A stretch of 64,000 bases of DNA from Octopus sinensis (lineage: Eukaryota), in contig NC_043016.1 in assembly GCF_006345805.1 (NCBI RefSeq), forward strand, positions 18,166,001 through 18,230,000. Direction: 5' to 3'. Under the pieces are notes generated by a model. It saw only the letters and a list, made by a program, of their open reading frames with translations, searched no databases and was not told where the DNA came from. The position numbers were made by a program, and so were the translations under genes. This document shows positions 22,214 to 35,380 of this stretch, one piece after another (the stretch's first letter is position 1; each line of letters begins with the position of its first letter).

Positions 22214-22380
22214 CAGTGGCGATGACAGTGATGATGATGGTGAGAATTATGGTGCTGGTGACGGTGAGGATGATGATGATGATGACAACGATGATGATGA
22301 TGACGAACATGATGACAACGACGACGATGACGACGACGACGACGATGACGATGACGATGATGACGACGATGAATGATGAT
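21580..22380 (+). repeat. (GAT)n-derived low-complexity tract with a ~55-bp higher-order unit
   Basis: Four copies of GACAGTGGC..AGTGATGATGA(T/C)GGTGAGAATT(A/G)TGGT; split by a family B SINE. Confidence 0.85.
21733..21960 (+). mobile_element. SINE family B
   Basis: Head, Meta-like core and TTAGCCCC..AAAGAAATAA tail. Confidence 0.8.
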
Positions 22381-22845
22381 ACATTCATATTTAATATAGC
22401 AATCAATACACCATTGCATCTAATCTGAATGCTTCTCGTACATTATTTAGCTCTAACAGATTTAATGAATTGGGAATACATGCAGATATTTTGATTTACA
22501 CCAGCCTAGGTGAGAATCGAACCAATAATATAAAAGAAAAAAATAGTTATAAATAGATAGATTCAAATAAATAAAACATACAGATAGATTAAATAGGTGG
22601 ACATTAGCATTTGTACAAATCTATAAAAATACTGTTACCGTTTTCCTGATTTATATGTCACGGTAAACTAATCCCCCACCTAGACCTATAGTTCTCAGCC
22701 CTTTTTTTAACTATGGACCCCCTTACCATCTCGCGGCACACCAGTGTGCCATGGAATACTAGTTGTGGGGCAATGTTTTACTCTATTGAACCCCTATGTT
22801 AAAAAATAAAGAAAAGCCATAATATTCCTATAATTAAATAGTATT

Positions 22846-23137
22846 ATTGCAGCGTGGAAGGTGTTTGTAAGCCATTTAAGAAACACACAAAAGCCATTCG
22901 ATTCACTTCAACATTTAAGTTTAATTTGTCAAAATGCAGCACGGATTTTTGTCAGTGAACAGGTCGCGGATTTTAGCGACGAAAATATTTTGACAAATTA
23001 AACTTAAATGTTGAAGTGAATCGAATGGCTTTTGTGTGTTTCTTAAATGGCTTACAAACACCTTCCACGCTGCAATTGTTTTCGTTTCAGCACACAATCT
23101 CAGAGCAAATCACTTGCTATGCGAGTACATCTCCGTA
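22846..23137. mobile_element. Palindromic MITE, left end truncated
   Basis: Perfect 90-bp inverted repeat 22846-22935 / 22987-23076; right arm continues to the terminus CATCTCCGTA. Confidence 0.8.
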
Positions 23138-23224
23138 AATAGTATTAGAATCGTATTAAAAAAGATTAACATATTTTCTGTATTGTAGAAGTATGTCCAG
23201 TTTATTGCGGCATAAATTTTTTTT

Positions 23225-23570
23225 TTCCTACTCTAGACACAAGGTCCAAAATTTTGGGGGAGCAGGCCAGTCGCTTAGGTTGACCCCAGTATGCAACTGG
23301 TACTTAATTTATCAACCTCGAAAGGATGAAAGGCAAAGTCGACCTCGGCAGATAAAAATATTCTTTTCTACTCTAAGTACAACGTCCGAAATTTTTGGGG
23401 AGAGAACCAGTCAATTAGATCGACCCCAGTATGCAACTAGTACTTAATTTATCGACCCTGAAAGGATGACAGTCAACCTCAGTGGAATTTGAACTCAAAA
23501 TGTAAAGATAGACGAAATACAGCTAAACATTTCATCCAGCGCATTAACAATGCTGCCAGCTTGTTGCCTT
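23225..23570 (-). mobile_element. Two tandem SINE family B copies
   Basis: AACTGGTACTTAATTTATC..GAAAGGATGA blocks at ~23295 and ~23435. Confidence 0.75.
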
Positions 23571-23689
23571 ATTGTGATATAAATTTTAACAACAAGCTCT
23601 TATATGAGCTCCACAAGTGCATATGGACCCTAGTTGAGGACCTCTGACTTAGGCCATGCAAACTTTTAGCAGGGTCTGTTATCTTTAAC

Positions 23690-23906
23690 TTGTTTCAGTC
23701 ATTCAACTATGGCCATTCTGGGGCATCACTTCAAAGTTGTTAGTTGAATGAATTGACCCCAATACTTATTCTTTCTTTCAAACCTGGTACTTATTCTATA
23801 AGTATCTTCTGCCGAACTGCTAAGTTATGGAGACATAAACACACACTATTGGTTGTCAAGTGGTCAGGGTTGACAAACATACAAACGCACAAACATACAC
23901 ACACAT

Positions 23907-23973
<67 letters not shown>

Positions 23974-24130
23974 CCATCTTTCAGTTTCCGTCTACAAATT
24001 CCACTCACAAAGCTTTGGTTGGTCTAAGGTTAAAGCAGAAAATATTTGCCCAAGGTGCCACGCAGTGGAACTGAACCTACAACCATATGGCTGTGAAGCA
24101 AACATCTGACCATACAGCCACATCTGCACC
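23690..24130 (-). mobile_element. SINE family A with internal (CA)n
   Basis: Family A core and head on the minus strand. Confidence 0.75.
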
Positions 24131-24149
24131 AGCAAGCATCTCTTTTGTT

Positions 24150-24720
24150 TTTTTGTTTCTTGATTCTAGAGGAATAGGTATTACCCATGGCTGTTGCAGG
24201 CCCTCCTAACACTGATGAGATTAATGTTCTTCTCAGACATTTGTAAGTCAACACCTGTAGAAAAGGCTGAGGATTTGTTGTCTGCAATTATGCAAGACTG
24301 ATGTTCCAGAAAGGAAGGGACTAAGCAGAGTGATTAGTTCAAGGCTGAGGATGATGGTTGGGCAAAGCAACGATGATGAGATGGGAAAGCAAGCTGTAAA
24401 TGAGATAAGAATACCAGATTGGTGGTATTCTTAAGTCCATCCAGAGACCAGTATTTGTTGTACAAGAGGCAGAATGAAAAAAGAGGATGTTTGTTGGTTA
24501 GAGGCTGGATCATGTCTGTGTGTAACTTTATGCCAGTCAGTTGGGTAGTCCTTTTCTTGATGCAGTCTAAGATGTCTGTTTGTGGAACAAACAATTTGGT
24601 CCTACATATGAGAAAAATACTCCATCAACATCTTTCATCTGAGTGTTGTAGAATTTCAGTAATTGTTGTAAGGAGGTAGAAGTTGAGTCTCTGGTTTAAG
24701 CTTAACTTCTTTTCTCTTGG
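24150..24720 (-). pseudogene. Old L2/CR1-group LINE 3' remnant
   Basis: LDCIKKRTTQL..IQPL..LFSFCLLY and VDLQMSEKNIN fit the L2-group RT C-terminal pattern LD.IQ.RA..L..PL..L.LFY..DLQ.FK.NIN. Confidence 0.55.
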
Positions 24721-24791
24721 AAATTACAGAAGCCCTTAAAAATCATCATGGATGTTAACATTCTTCTTCTCCCTAAGCTATCTAAAATATA

Positions 24792-25187
24792 TCATCATCA
24801 TCATCATCATCATCATCATTTAGCGTCCGTTTTCCATGCTAGCATGGGTTGGACGGTTCAACTGGGGTCTGTGAAGCTGGAAGGCTTCATCAGGCCCAGT
24901 CAGATCTGGCAGTGTTTCTACGGCTGGATGCCCTTCCTAACGCCAACCACTCCGTGAGTGTAGTGGGTGCTTTTTACGTGCCACCCGCACAGGTGCCAGA
25001 CAGAGCTGGCAAACGGCCACGAACGGATGGTGCTTTTACGTGTCACCGGCACGGGGGCCAGGCGATGCTGGCAACGGACACGAACGGATGGTGCTTTTAT
25101 GTGCCACCAACATGGGGGCCAGACAGAGCTGGCAAACGGCCACGAAACGGATGGTACTTTTACGTGTCACCGGCACGGGGGCCAGAT
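24792..25187 (-). mobile_element. RTE 3' UTR fragment, four array units
   Basis: (CAT)n tail, TTTAGCGTCCGTTTTCCATGCTAGCATGG, four GGT(G/A)CTTTT..CACC units. Confidence 0.95.
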
Positions 25188-25919
25188 TTTCAAGTCAAAG
25201 ATGAGCTGTTTAAGTTATCTGTTAGAAATAGGAGTCAAATCTCTCTTGAATCACCACACAACTGCCCTAATAAAAGAGAGTCACTTTGAATAATGCAATT
25301 GGTCGAACAGTCAGTCGTTCAACTAAAGGTACTCCTTGATGTGAAATTAACATATGAGTAGCTGAGTATTCCTCAGACATATGTATTCATGATACAATGT
25401 GTGGTAGCAAAGTATGCTTGTTGTTCTATCTTACTTTAGCTTTCAACATCCTTCACTTCTCAAAAACTCCCCACTCAGTAAGGTGAGTCATAAAGCCACT
25501 TTCTCTTCTCAAAATTTCCCTACTTAGTAAGTGGGAGCCTTTTTCATTTTTACGTTTCCATTTTCCCTTTTTTTGTGTGTCTTGGCATCCTCACAAGTGC
25601 CAGCGGCATTAAAGAAATAAAAGACACCCAGTACAGACTGTAAAGTGGTTGGGGCTAGGAAAAGCATCCAGCTGAAGGAACTATACCAAAGATGACATTG
25701 GAGCTCGACCCAGCTCTGCACATCACAAGACCCTGTCAAACTGTCCAGCCTATGCCAGCTTAAAAAAAGAAGACCAATATTAAATGATGATGATGATGAT
25801 GGTGGTGGTGGTGATGAACCAGTGTGAAATAATGTGACAAAGTTGAAGTTTTGAAATATGGGTGCAATACAGAAAGAAAGGGAATGAGAGTAAAATAGAA
25901 AGCTTGAACCCTTTGCTGG

Positions 25920-26325
25920 TACTTTACTCTTTACTCTTTTACTCTTTTACTTGTTTCAGTCATTTGACTGCAGCCATGCTGGAGCACCGCCTTTAGTTGA
26001 GCAACTCGACTCCGGGACTTATTCTATCAGTCTCTTTTGCCGAACCGCTAAGTGACGGGAACGTAAACACACCAGCATCGGTTGTCAAGCAATGCTAGGG
26101 GGACAAACACAGACACACAAACACATATACACACATATACACACATATATATATACATATACGACAGGCTTCTTTCAGTTTCCGTCTACCAAATCCACTC
26201 ACAAGGCATTGGTCGGCCCGGGGCTATAGCAGAAGACACTTGCCCAAGATGCCACGCAGTGGGACTGAACCCGGAACCATGTGGTTGGTTAGCAAGCTAC
26301 TTACCACACAGCCACTCCTGCGCCT
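25920..26325 (-). mobile_element. SINE family A, full length
   Basis: Complete head to (ACTCTTTT)n tail. Confidence 0.9.
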
Positions 26326-26494
26326 ACTTCATTTATATTGACATGAAACAGATGAAAGGCAAAGTTGTCTGCACCTGGGGTTTTAACTCAGAATGCTGAG
26401 TGCTGGAACAAATACTGCAAGGTATTCTATCTGATACTCTAATGACTTTTGCCTATCTGCTGCTTTGAATAAATCATCCTCATCCTCATCCTCA

Positions 26495-26775
26495 TCATTA
26501 TCATCATCATAGTTTAATGCCCGTTTTCCATGCTGGCATTGGTTGGATGGTTTGAATGAGGACTGGCAAGCCAGGAGGCTGCATCAGGCTCCAATTTGAT
26601 CTGGCAAGGTTCCTACAGTTGGACACCCTTCCTAATGCCAACCACTCTAAGAGTGTAGTGCGTGATTTTTACATGCCAACATCACAGGGGCTAGTCAGGC
26701 AGCACTGGCATCAACCACACTCAAATGGTGCTTTTTATGTGCCACCAGCATGGGGGCCAGTCAGGTGGCACTGTA
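26495..26775 (-). mobile_element. Diverged RTE 3' UTR fragment
   Basis: (CAT)n tail, CCTTCCTAATGCCAACCACTC, two array units. Confidence 0.75.
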
Positions 26776-26889
26776 ATGTGCCACCTGACTCCAGCTAGCT
26801 ATATGACACGACCTGTGTCCTTATATTTTCAAACAAGGGAATCTGGCACTCCAACTCAGCTCAAAACAATATCTCTGTATTGTGATTTC

Positions 26890-27240
26890 CGGGTTATTTC
26901 CCATTCATTTCGATAAATTAAGTACCAGTTGAAAACTGGGGTTGATGTAATCGACTCATTCCCACCCCCAAGATTGCTGCCCTTGTGACAAAATTTGAAA
27001 CCATTATTATTGTTGTTGTTGCTAAAATGGCAAGCTAGCAGAACCTTTCGCATGCCGAGTAAAATGCTCAGCGGTATTTCGGCCATCTTCATGTTCTGAA
27101 TCCAAATTCTGCCAGGGCCAACTTTACCTTTCATCCCTTCAAGGTCGATAAACTAAATATCAGTTGCTTACTGGGGCCAATGTGATCAACTTAGACCCTC
27201 CCCTCAAATTCCAGGTCTTGAGTCTATTGTAGAAAGGATT
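26890..27240. mobile_element. SINE family B copies (two, partial)
   Basis: GATAAATTAAGTACCAGTT and CTTTACCTTTCATCC blocks. Confidence 0.65.
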
Positions 27241-27246
27241 ATTATT

Positions 27247-27294
<48 letters not shown>

Positions 27295-27616
27295 CAATTT
27301 TGCTAGGACAGTCTTATAATCCAACTATGACCATCACTTCTGGGTGATCAACTTAGCCCCTACTCTCAAATTCTCGGTCTTGAGTCTATTGTAGAAAGGA
27401 TTATTATTGTTGTTGTTGTTGTTGTTCAATTTTACTAGGACAGACTTATGATCCAACTATGACCATCTCTTCTGGTTTCCTTTTACTTTTATTCTGATGC
27501 TGTGTACCTAAGACTTGGTTGCTATTTCAAGCAAGTCAATCAGCTGCAGAAAGGTGCTATGGTTATCAATGTTGTTATTACTATTATTGTTATTCAGCCT
27601 TAGATCAGTCTCTCCT

Positions 27617-28102
27617 TCATCATCATCATCATCATCATCATCGTTTAACGTCCGTTCTCCATGCTAGCATGGGTTGGATGGTTCGACCGGGGATCTGGGA
27701 AGCCAGAAGGCTGCACCAGGCTCCGGTTTTATCTGGCAATGTTTCTACAGCTGGATGCCCTTCCTAACGCCAACCACTCCGTGAGTGTAGTGGGTGCTTT
27801 TTACGTGCCACCTGCACTGGTGCCAGGCGAGGCTGGCATCGGCCACGGTCGGATTGGTGCATTTTACATGCCACCTGCACGGAAGCCAGTCAAGGCGGCA
27901 CTGGCTTCGGCCACGATTCGGATGGTGCTTTTTACGTGCCACCGACACGGAAGCCAGTCGAGGCGGCACTGGCATCGGCCATGATTCGGATGGTGTTTTT
28001 TACGTATCTCCAGTCCAGGGTTCCTGGCATCTGCCGGGTGCCAGTCATAGGATTGGTTCAATTTCGATTCCGATTTCACTTGCCCCAACAGGTCTTCGCA
28101 AG
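27617..28102 (-). mobile_element. RTE 3' UTR fragment, subfamily variant
   Basis: (CAT)n tail, conserved terminus, four array units with variant spacers, upstream UTR segment to ~28102. Confidence 0.9.
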
Positions 28103-28367
28103 CTTATTTATTTAATTTATTTATTTTATTTATTTATTTATTTATTTTATTTATTTTATTTATTTATTTTATTTATTTTCTAAATGGCTTAGACGGAAAC
28201 AATGATAATCACTCACTGAACCAACAAGCTGGCCTTTTCGTGATCACTGAACCTGATGGCAATAAATGCAGCCAACTTAGTGCTTGGTAAATGAAAAGGA
28301 GAAATTAGTTACAGATGGAATGCCTTTGAATAGTGGTCTTTTCAATGAAAGCTGACTTAGAAACTAA

Positions 28368-28484
28368 ACAACAACAACAACAAAAGCAACAACAACAACA
28401 GCAGCAGCAACAGCAAAAACAGCAACAACAACAACAACAACAACAACAGCAGCAGCAAAAACAACAGCAGCAATAACAGCAACA

Positions 28485-28515
<31 letters not shown>

Positions 28516-28700
28516 CAACAACAACAACAACAACAGTAACAACAAAAACAACAGCAACAGCACCAACAGCAGCAGCAGCAACAACAGCAACAACAGCAAC
28601 AACAGCAACAACAACAACAACAACAATAACAACAACAGCAACAATAACAACAACAGCAACAACAACAACAACAACAGCAACAAGAACAGCAACAGCAGCA
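28368..28700. repeat. (CAA/CAG)n microsatellite
   Basis: About 330 bp of CAA/CAG triplets with TAA interruptions in the Gln frame. Confidence 0.95.
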
Positions 28701-28820
28701 GCCGTTCAAGAATTTGGACCTGGAGATCTCCATTTCTAGCAACTTCGAGGGCCACCTCCCAGTGGTATCAGGCATCAATGAAAAGCCCTCGACTACAAGG
28801 CGGCCGAAGTTATCATTGTC

Positions 28821-28849
<29 letters not shown>

Positions 28850-28854
<5 letters not shown>

Positions 28855-29225
28855 CAAGAGCACTCAGAGAGTGCAAACCTCCACCAAGGCAACACCAACA
28901 TCCTCTCAACGATTAGCGAGAGATGATTCTTAAAATGAGAATATCTGAAATTAACTCGACTGCTCTCACAAATGGGAATACTGCAAATGAACCGGACCAC
29001 TCTAAAAAATTAAGTAAGAAAACTAGAAAAATAATCCAGAATCCTTGTTTGGTCCTTGATCAATCCCAAAATCTAATCAGTTTGTTCCAGTCATAAGGCC
29101 AAACATCCTCGAAAGTTTCATTCGAATCCACCCAGCGCTTGTTGAGATATCTTGTCTGGGGACAAATAAACAAACAAACACAACTGAAAACAATGCCTCT
29201 GCCTTTGCTAAGGTGGAGGTAATAA
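28850..29225. mobile_element. Non-autonomous repeat with subterminal inverted repeats (related piece at ~43290-43540)
   Basis: ACCTCCACCAAGGC near the left end and GCTAAGGTGGAGGT near the right end; body AAAATAATCCAGAATC..CCAAAATCTAATCAGTTTG shared with 43340-43470. Confidence 0.55.
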
Positions 29226-29329
29226 TAATTAATCAGGAAAGTATTAGATAGTTGAAAAGAATGAATAGCATGGTAGTGTAGGCTGCAGGTTGTAAGCCCA
29301 CTATGCATGCAAGAATCCAGGAGCTCCAA

Positions 29330-30050
29330 CAAACCTAGGATAAAGAGAAAACAACAACAATAATGAAATGATAAAAAAAAAGTGTACACGCTATGCACTG
29401 GGAAAGAAGACACATATGCATAGCATACAAAAGTTTAAAAAAAGCAAAAAGGGGAAGGATGATAGAGATGTGGCTCTCTTGATACAGGAACACCTTCAAG
29501 GATAATCGAGGAACCCCACTGTCTGAGATTTCCCTGAAACTCTATGAGCAAGTGCCCTCTCCAATTCCTTCTCTCTAACTCACAGGTCTACACTTGGCCA
29601 TTTTTGCAACTTTTGATAAACTCACTTGAGGACGGCACTTCCCTCTCCACTCAATTTCCTTTTCAAGTGAAACTTGAGGAAGTCAATGAGAGCTCCACCA
29701 AAAAGAAATGTATCTGTTCTCATGCTTTTCAGTCTTGTCCACCAAACAACCTCTTTTGCCACAGCTACCAGGGAAATGAAAACTGCTTTGCATGATTGAT
29801 TGAAGGAGGGCAGGGAGGCAATCATCCTTACAGACTTGGTCTACAGATGGATCCATCTCACACATGACAGCAGCTGTTCAACATAACCCCACAAATCAGC
29901 AATGCCTGGTCACTGAACGAGGGCATGCAAAACGTTTCATCACTCTGCGCACACCTCAGACAAGTCTGTCTGGCAGTGCATCTGTGCCTGTAGAGCTTCT
30001 CTAGAACCAGTAGCACCCACTGAGAGCACTGCCAAGCCAAGGATATCTGG
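29330..30050 (-). pseudogene. Tx1-like (L1 clade) LINE 3' remnant
   Basis: EKLYRH..CLRCAQSDETF zinc-knuckle region and AKEVVWWTRLK C-terminal motif across frameshifts. Confidence 0.65.
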
Positions 30051-30055
30051 AAATT

Positions 30056-30290
30056 ATGTATGTGTGTATGTATGTATGTATGTATGTATGTATGTTTTAT
30101 GTATGTATGTATGTATGTGCGTATGTATGTATGTGTGTATGCATGTATGTATGTATGTATGTATGTTTTATGTATGTATGTATGTATGTGCGTATGTATG
30201 TATGTGTGTATGCATGTATATATGTATGTATGTATGTGCGTATGTATGTATGTGTGTACATGTGATGTACATGTGAACGTATGTTTCTGT
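30056..30290. repeat. (TATG)n-type microsatellite
   Basis: Direct reading; source of the MYVC ORFs. Confidence 0.95.
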
Positions 30291-31564
30291 ACTGATATAT
30301 GTCAGTTCAAGTTGTATACATGACCGCTACCTTGTTGAAGGTTGTATATATACACACATATACATTTATATAGACACACACACATATATATGTGTGTGTG
30401 TGTGCGTTTGTCCGTCTCACCACCGTCTAACGGTGAATGGATACAACGTCTTAGATACATATATGCACAGATAACCTTATACATACATACAAGTACACGC
30501 AATCATATAGACACTTACACACACTCACAAATATACGTATAATCTTAAAGTATACACACATATACAGTTATCCATCTCTACATACACACACACATATATA
30601 TGGCACTCTATTCAAGGACAACGGTTAAAATTCAAATTTGCTGTATTTTATTCTATTTATTCTTTTTTTTACATGCATACACATACAATACATACATATA
30701 TCTACACATACTCATATGTGCATGCATGTATATACTTATACACTAACATACACAACACACAACACATACACACACGTACACACACACATATACACTTACA
30801 CATACGTACATACGTATCAAACAATGTCCGCTCATACGGTTATACAGTGGGAGGAAATAAATATTCGTACATGTCAAAATACTTTATTTACTTAATTTCT
30901 AATGAACATAAATGGGATATACCAATACTATACTTGCATACACATGCATGAACTAAGTTACGGGATGTAAACACACCAACACCGGTTGTCAAGCGATGGT
31001 GGGGGAGACAAACACTGACACACAAATACATAGACACACACACAAATACATCATCATCATCATCATCATTGTTCGACCGTGAAAAGACACACAAATACAT
31101 ACACACACACACATGACAAGCTTCTTTCAGTTTCCATCTACCAAATTCACTCACAAGACTTTGGTCGACCTGAGGCTTTAGAAGAAGACACTTGCCCAAG
31201 GTACCATGCAGTGGGACTGAACCCAGAACGACGTTGGGATAAACGTTGGGAATTAAGCTTCTTACCATACAACCATCCTGTGCTCTAAAATTACCCCAAA
31301 ACAGAAGAAATTCTTGTGAATGGTCCTGTACGGTATATGAAACTTATAGATATTAATTGCTGGTAATTTGTAATTATGATATATATTAATTGCTGGTAAT
31401 TTGGAACTATAATATACTATCGAGTATATTAAAAGTTTATAAGTGAATGGTGTGTCCTACTTTGTGTTAGCAGTACATTGTTTTCTACGGATTTGTATAG
31501 AATTTAGAGCTAACACTAAAACTTAAGATGTTTCATGTATGAATACGCCTGTGTAAACAATGCG

Positions 31565-31935
31565 TAGGCATAGGAGTGGCTGTGTGGTAAGTCGCTTGCT
31601 TACCAACCATATGGTTCCAGGTTCACTCCCACTGCGTGGCACCTTGGCCAAGTGTCTTCTACTATAGCCTCGGGCCGACCAAAGCCTTGTGAATGGATTT
31701 TGTAGATGGAATGTGTATGTATGTATGTATGTTTGTGTGTCTGTGTTTGTCCCCACAACATTGCTTGACCACCGATGCCGGTGTGTTTACGTCGCCATAA
31801 CTTAGCAGTTCGGCAAAAGAGACCGATAGAATAAGTACTAGGCTTACAAAGAATAAGTCCTGGGGTCAATTTGCTCGACTGAAAGTGGTGCCCCAGCATG
31901 GCCGCAGTCAAATGACCAAAACAAATAAAAGAGTA
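31565..31935 (+). mobile_element. SINE family A (partial minus-strand copy also at ~30940-31230)
   Basis: Full head, core and tail. Confidence 0.85.
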
Positions 31936-32354
31936 TATATTTTATTATAATGCAAAACAGCACCACACACTCACCTCCCGAGTTTCGTTTTCCATACACT
32001 ATGTGCGACTCTGTGTTTACTTATCCATGGTACACTACGTATTTTTTAAAAAAATATTTTGATTAACGTGTATACAGTGCAGTACTGTACTCTATTTTTA
32101 TTTATCAATTTATTAATTTTTAGGTGTGGACATGCTTATTTTAATGCAGAACTAATTAAAAGCTAAAAAAAAAAAGTATAAATACCTATCGGCCACAGAA
32201 ACCCACAATATACTGACAAGTCTGTGAAATAAATTTACATATATTAGCCAGAAAAATCTGTGATGTACTGAGTGTGTGATAGGTGAACCACGATGTACTG
32301 AGTATGCGATAAGTGAACCGCAACATGGTGAGGGATTATTAATATTACAGTATC

Positions 32355-32770
32355 TTCTGGAGTGGCTGTGTGATAAGTAGCTTGCTTACCAACCACATGG
32401 TTTCGGTTTCAGTCCCACTGTGTGGCACCTTGGGCAAGTGTCTTCTTCTATAGCCTCAGGCAGACCAAATCCTTGTGGGTAGATTTGGTAGATGGAAACT
32501 GAAAGAAGTCCATTGCATATATGTGTGTATATATATATATATATATCTGTATGTGTGTTTGTGTGTCTGTGTTTGTCACCCCCAACATCGCTTGACAACC
32601 GATGCTGGTGTGTTTACGTCCCCATAACTTAGCGGTTTGGCAAAAGACACAGAAGGAATAAGTACTAGGCTTACAAAAAATAAGTCCTGGGGTCGATTTC
32701 CTCGACTAAAGGCAGTGCTCCAGCATGGCCACAGTCAAATGACTGAAACAAGTAAAAGAGTAAAAGAGAG
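32355..32770 (+). mobile_element. SINE family A
   Basis: Full head, core and tail. Confidence 0.85.
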
Positions 32771-32824
32771 AGAGAAGCTAACCAAGTGCAAGGCCTGACC
32801 AATCTTTGTTCACAGTGTTGATTG

Positions 32825-32970
32825 AAGACCAAGAATAATTGGAGCACAAGAACTCACAAACAATGAAATGGTAAAATTCTCTAATGATATCCTGGAGGAC
32901 ATCAATGTTTATGAAGTTCAGAATACTCTACTTCTTGGAACACAGTTCACATACTATGGAGAGTAATGTC
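32825..32970 (+). pseudogene. R4/Dong-like extreme C-terminal remnant
   Basis: IIGA..INVYEVQNTLLLGT.HILWRVM resembles IIGALG..LQK..LLGTAHILRRVL. Confidence 0.45.
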
Positions 32971-33394
32971 ATTCAAGTGACATCTTCCCTGAAGTGTGTA
33001 GTGTCTCACCTCAAGCCTGACCCCATAGTTTAGACCTGACCCCATAGAAAGTACAAAAGAAACAGCAGTAACAACAACAACAGCTACATTAAAAATACAG
33101 CAAACAAATTAAGAAACAAGTGAAGATTTATTCTAAGCAGGGGTTCCCAGTAATTTTTTTATCTATGGCCCCCTTTGATTACTATTTTATTCTGGTGGAC
33201 CCCTAACTCCATTCAATGCTTAAAAACTAGTTTTATAGACACTTCCTTCAAAATTCCTATTTTGTGTTTGACATTAACTTGTGTAGGTTGAATTATGTAA
33301 AATGTTAGAGAAAGAAACCAAGCTATTTCTTGCAATATACACCAATACATACATCTAAAGCAAAATGTTTTCAGAGGCCCTTGAAATAAAATCC

Positions 33395-33765
33395 TCTTTC
33401 TTTTACTCTTTTACTTGTTTCAGTTATTTGACTGTGGCCATGCTGGAGCACTGTCTTTAGTAGAGCAAATCAACCCCAGGACTTGTTCTTTGTAAGCCTA
33501 GTACTTATACTATCGGTCTCTTTTGGGGGAACAAACACAGACACACAAACATATACACACACACATACATACATACATATATATATATGTACATATATAC
33601 GATGGGCTTCTTTCAGTTTCCGTCTACCAAATCCACTCACAAGGCTTTGGTCGGCCTGAGGCTATAGTAGAATACACTTGCCCAAGGTGCAACACAGTGG
33701 GACTGAACCCAGAACCATGTGATTCGTAAACAAGCTACTTACCACACAGCCACTCCCACGCCTAT
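33395..33765 (-). mobile_element. SINE family A, inserted in a probable hAT-type MITE (~33137-33860)
   Basis: Family A sequence; flanks carry GGACCCC motifs and an end CCAGTTGAAAACCAATG. Confidence 0.75.
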
Positions 33766-34097
33766 TATAGTGGATCCCAATTTTATATTTTATTGCATGG
33801 ACCCCCAAAAATCTTATATGGACCCTCAGGGGCTATATACATACCAGTTGAAAACCAATGGTCTAAAATATCCAAAATTGAAATAGACAAACTCATAAAT
33901 AGACTACACACTGAAAGAAAACAAAACAGTAGGTATACAAAACGATGAGCTACATGCAAATGAAAACAACATATAAGAGCCCACCTTTTTCCAAAAACAC
34001 TTAGGAGTCCACAAACGAAAGGAACACACAAAAGTAATCATACATACAATAATGGAAATGCAAATCCATAGTGAAATTAATTCAGAGATACCTTTGT

Positions 34098-34259
34098 GAG
34101 CGCAGGAGTGGCTGTGTGGTTAGTAGCTTGCTTATGAACCACATGCTTCCGGGTTCAGTCCCACTGCATTGGCACCTTGGGCAAGTGTCTTCTGCTATAG
34201 CCTCTGGCCAACCAAAGCCATGTGAGTGGATTTGGTAGATGGAAACTGAAAGAAGCCTG

Positions 34260-34309
<50 letters not shown>

Positions 34310-34315
34310 TATATA

Positions 34316-34348
<33 letters not shown>

Positions 34349-34750
34349 TTATGTATGTATTGTATGTATGTATGTATGTATGTATGTATGTATGTATGTA
34401 TGTTATTATTGTATGTGAATGTATGTATGTATGTATGTTGTATGTATGTTGTATGTATGTATGTATGTATGTATGTATGTATGTATGTATGTATGTATGT
34501 ATGTATGTATGCATGTATGTATGTGTGTGTAATGTATTTGTTTGTGTGTCTATGTTTGTGCCCCCAACATCGCTTGACACCCGATCTGTGTGTTACGTCC
34601 CTGTAATTTAGCGGTTCAGTAAAAAGACCGATAGAATAAGTACTAGGCTTACAAAGAATAAGTCCTGGAGTTGATTTGCTCAACTAAAGGCGGTGCTCCA
34701 GCATGGCCACAGTCAAATGACTGAAACAAGTAAAAGAGAGTAAAAGAGTA
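34098..34750 (+). mobile_element. SINE family A with expanded internal (TA)n/(TATG)n
   Basis: Head at 34105, microsatellite 34262-34530, tail at ~34740. Confidence 0.85.
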
Positions 34751-34954
34751 CAAAAAGCATAATTGTCCTGGTCATTGTATTTGTCACTGTCAATATCGTT
34801 GTCCCTGCCACCACCGACAACATCATCGTTTAATGTTTGTGTTCCATGCTGGAATGAATTGGTTGATTTGACAGATTCCAATGAGCCGAAGAACTGTGTT
34901 GCGCTCCAGTGTCTGTTTTGGCTTAGTTTCTGTGGCTGGATGCCATTTCTAACA

Positions 34955-34989
<35 letters not shown>

Positions 34990-35109
34990 ATACAGGGGGA
35001 GAGAGAGAGAGAGAGGCAGACAGACAGACAGACACAGAAAACCCTGAAATTAAAAACAATAGAAAGCAGAGAAACATGCAACAAAATAATACACAGGTAC
35101 ACTGGACTA

Positions 35110-35380
35110 GCTCCTGTGCAGGTGGCACATAAAAAGCACCATTTGAGCGTGACCATTGCCAGTACTGCATGAATGGCCCTTGTGCAAGTGGCACATAAAA
35201 GCACCCACTACACTCTCAGAGTGGTTGGCGTTAGGAAGGGCATCCAGCTGTAGAAGCTCTGCCAGATCAGATTGGAGCCTGGTGCAGCCATCTGGTTCGC
35301 CAGTCCTCAGTCAACTCGTCCAACCCATGCTAGCATGGAAAGCGGACGTTAAATGATGATGATGATGATGATGATGATGA
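35110..35380 (+). mobile_element. RTE 3' UTR fragment, two array units
   Basis: TGTGCAGGTGGCACATAAAAAGCACC, conserved terminus, (GAT)n. Confidence 0.9.

Noticed and set aside
24170-24250. Apparent plus-strand exon with GTAAGT donor
   Set aside because: Better explained as the antisense of an L2-like LINE 3' end
25440-25481. 42-nt AG..GTGAGT microexon
   Set aside because: Splice signals only; too short to distinguish from chance
28305-29000. 231-aa poly-Cys and 132-aa poly-Leu ORFs
   Set aside because: Antisense readings of the (CAA/CAG)n microsatellite
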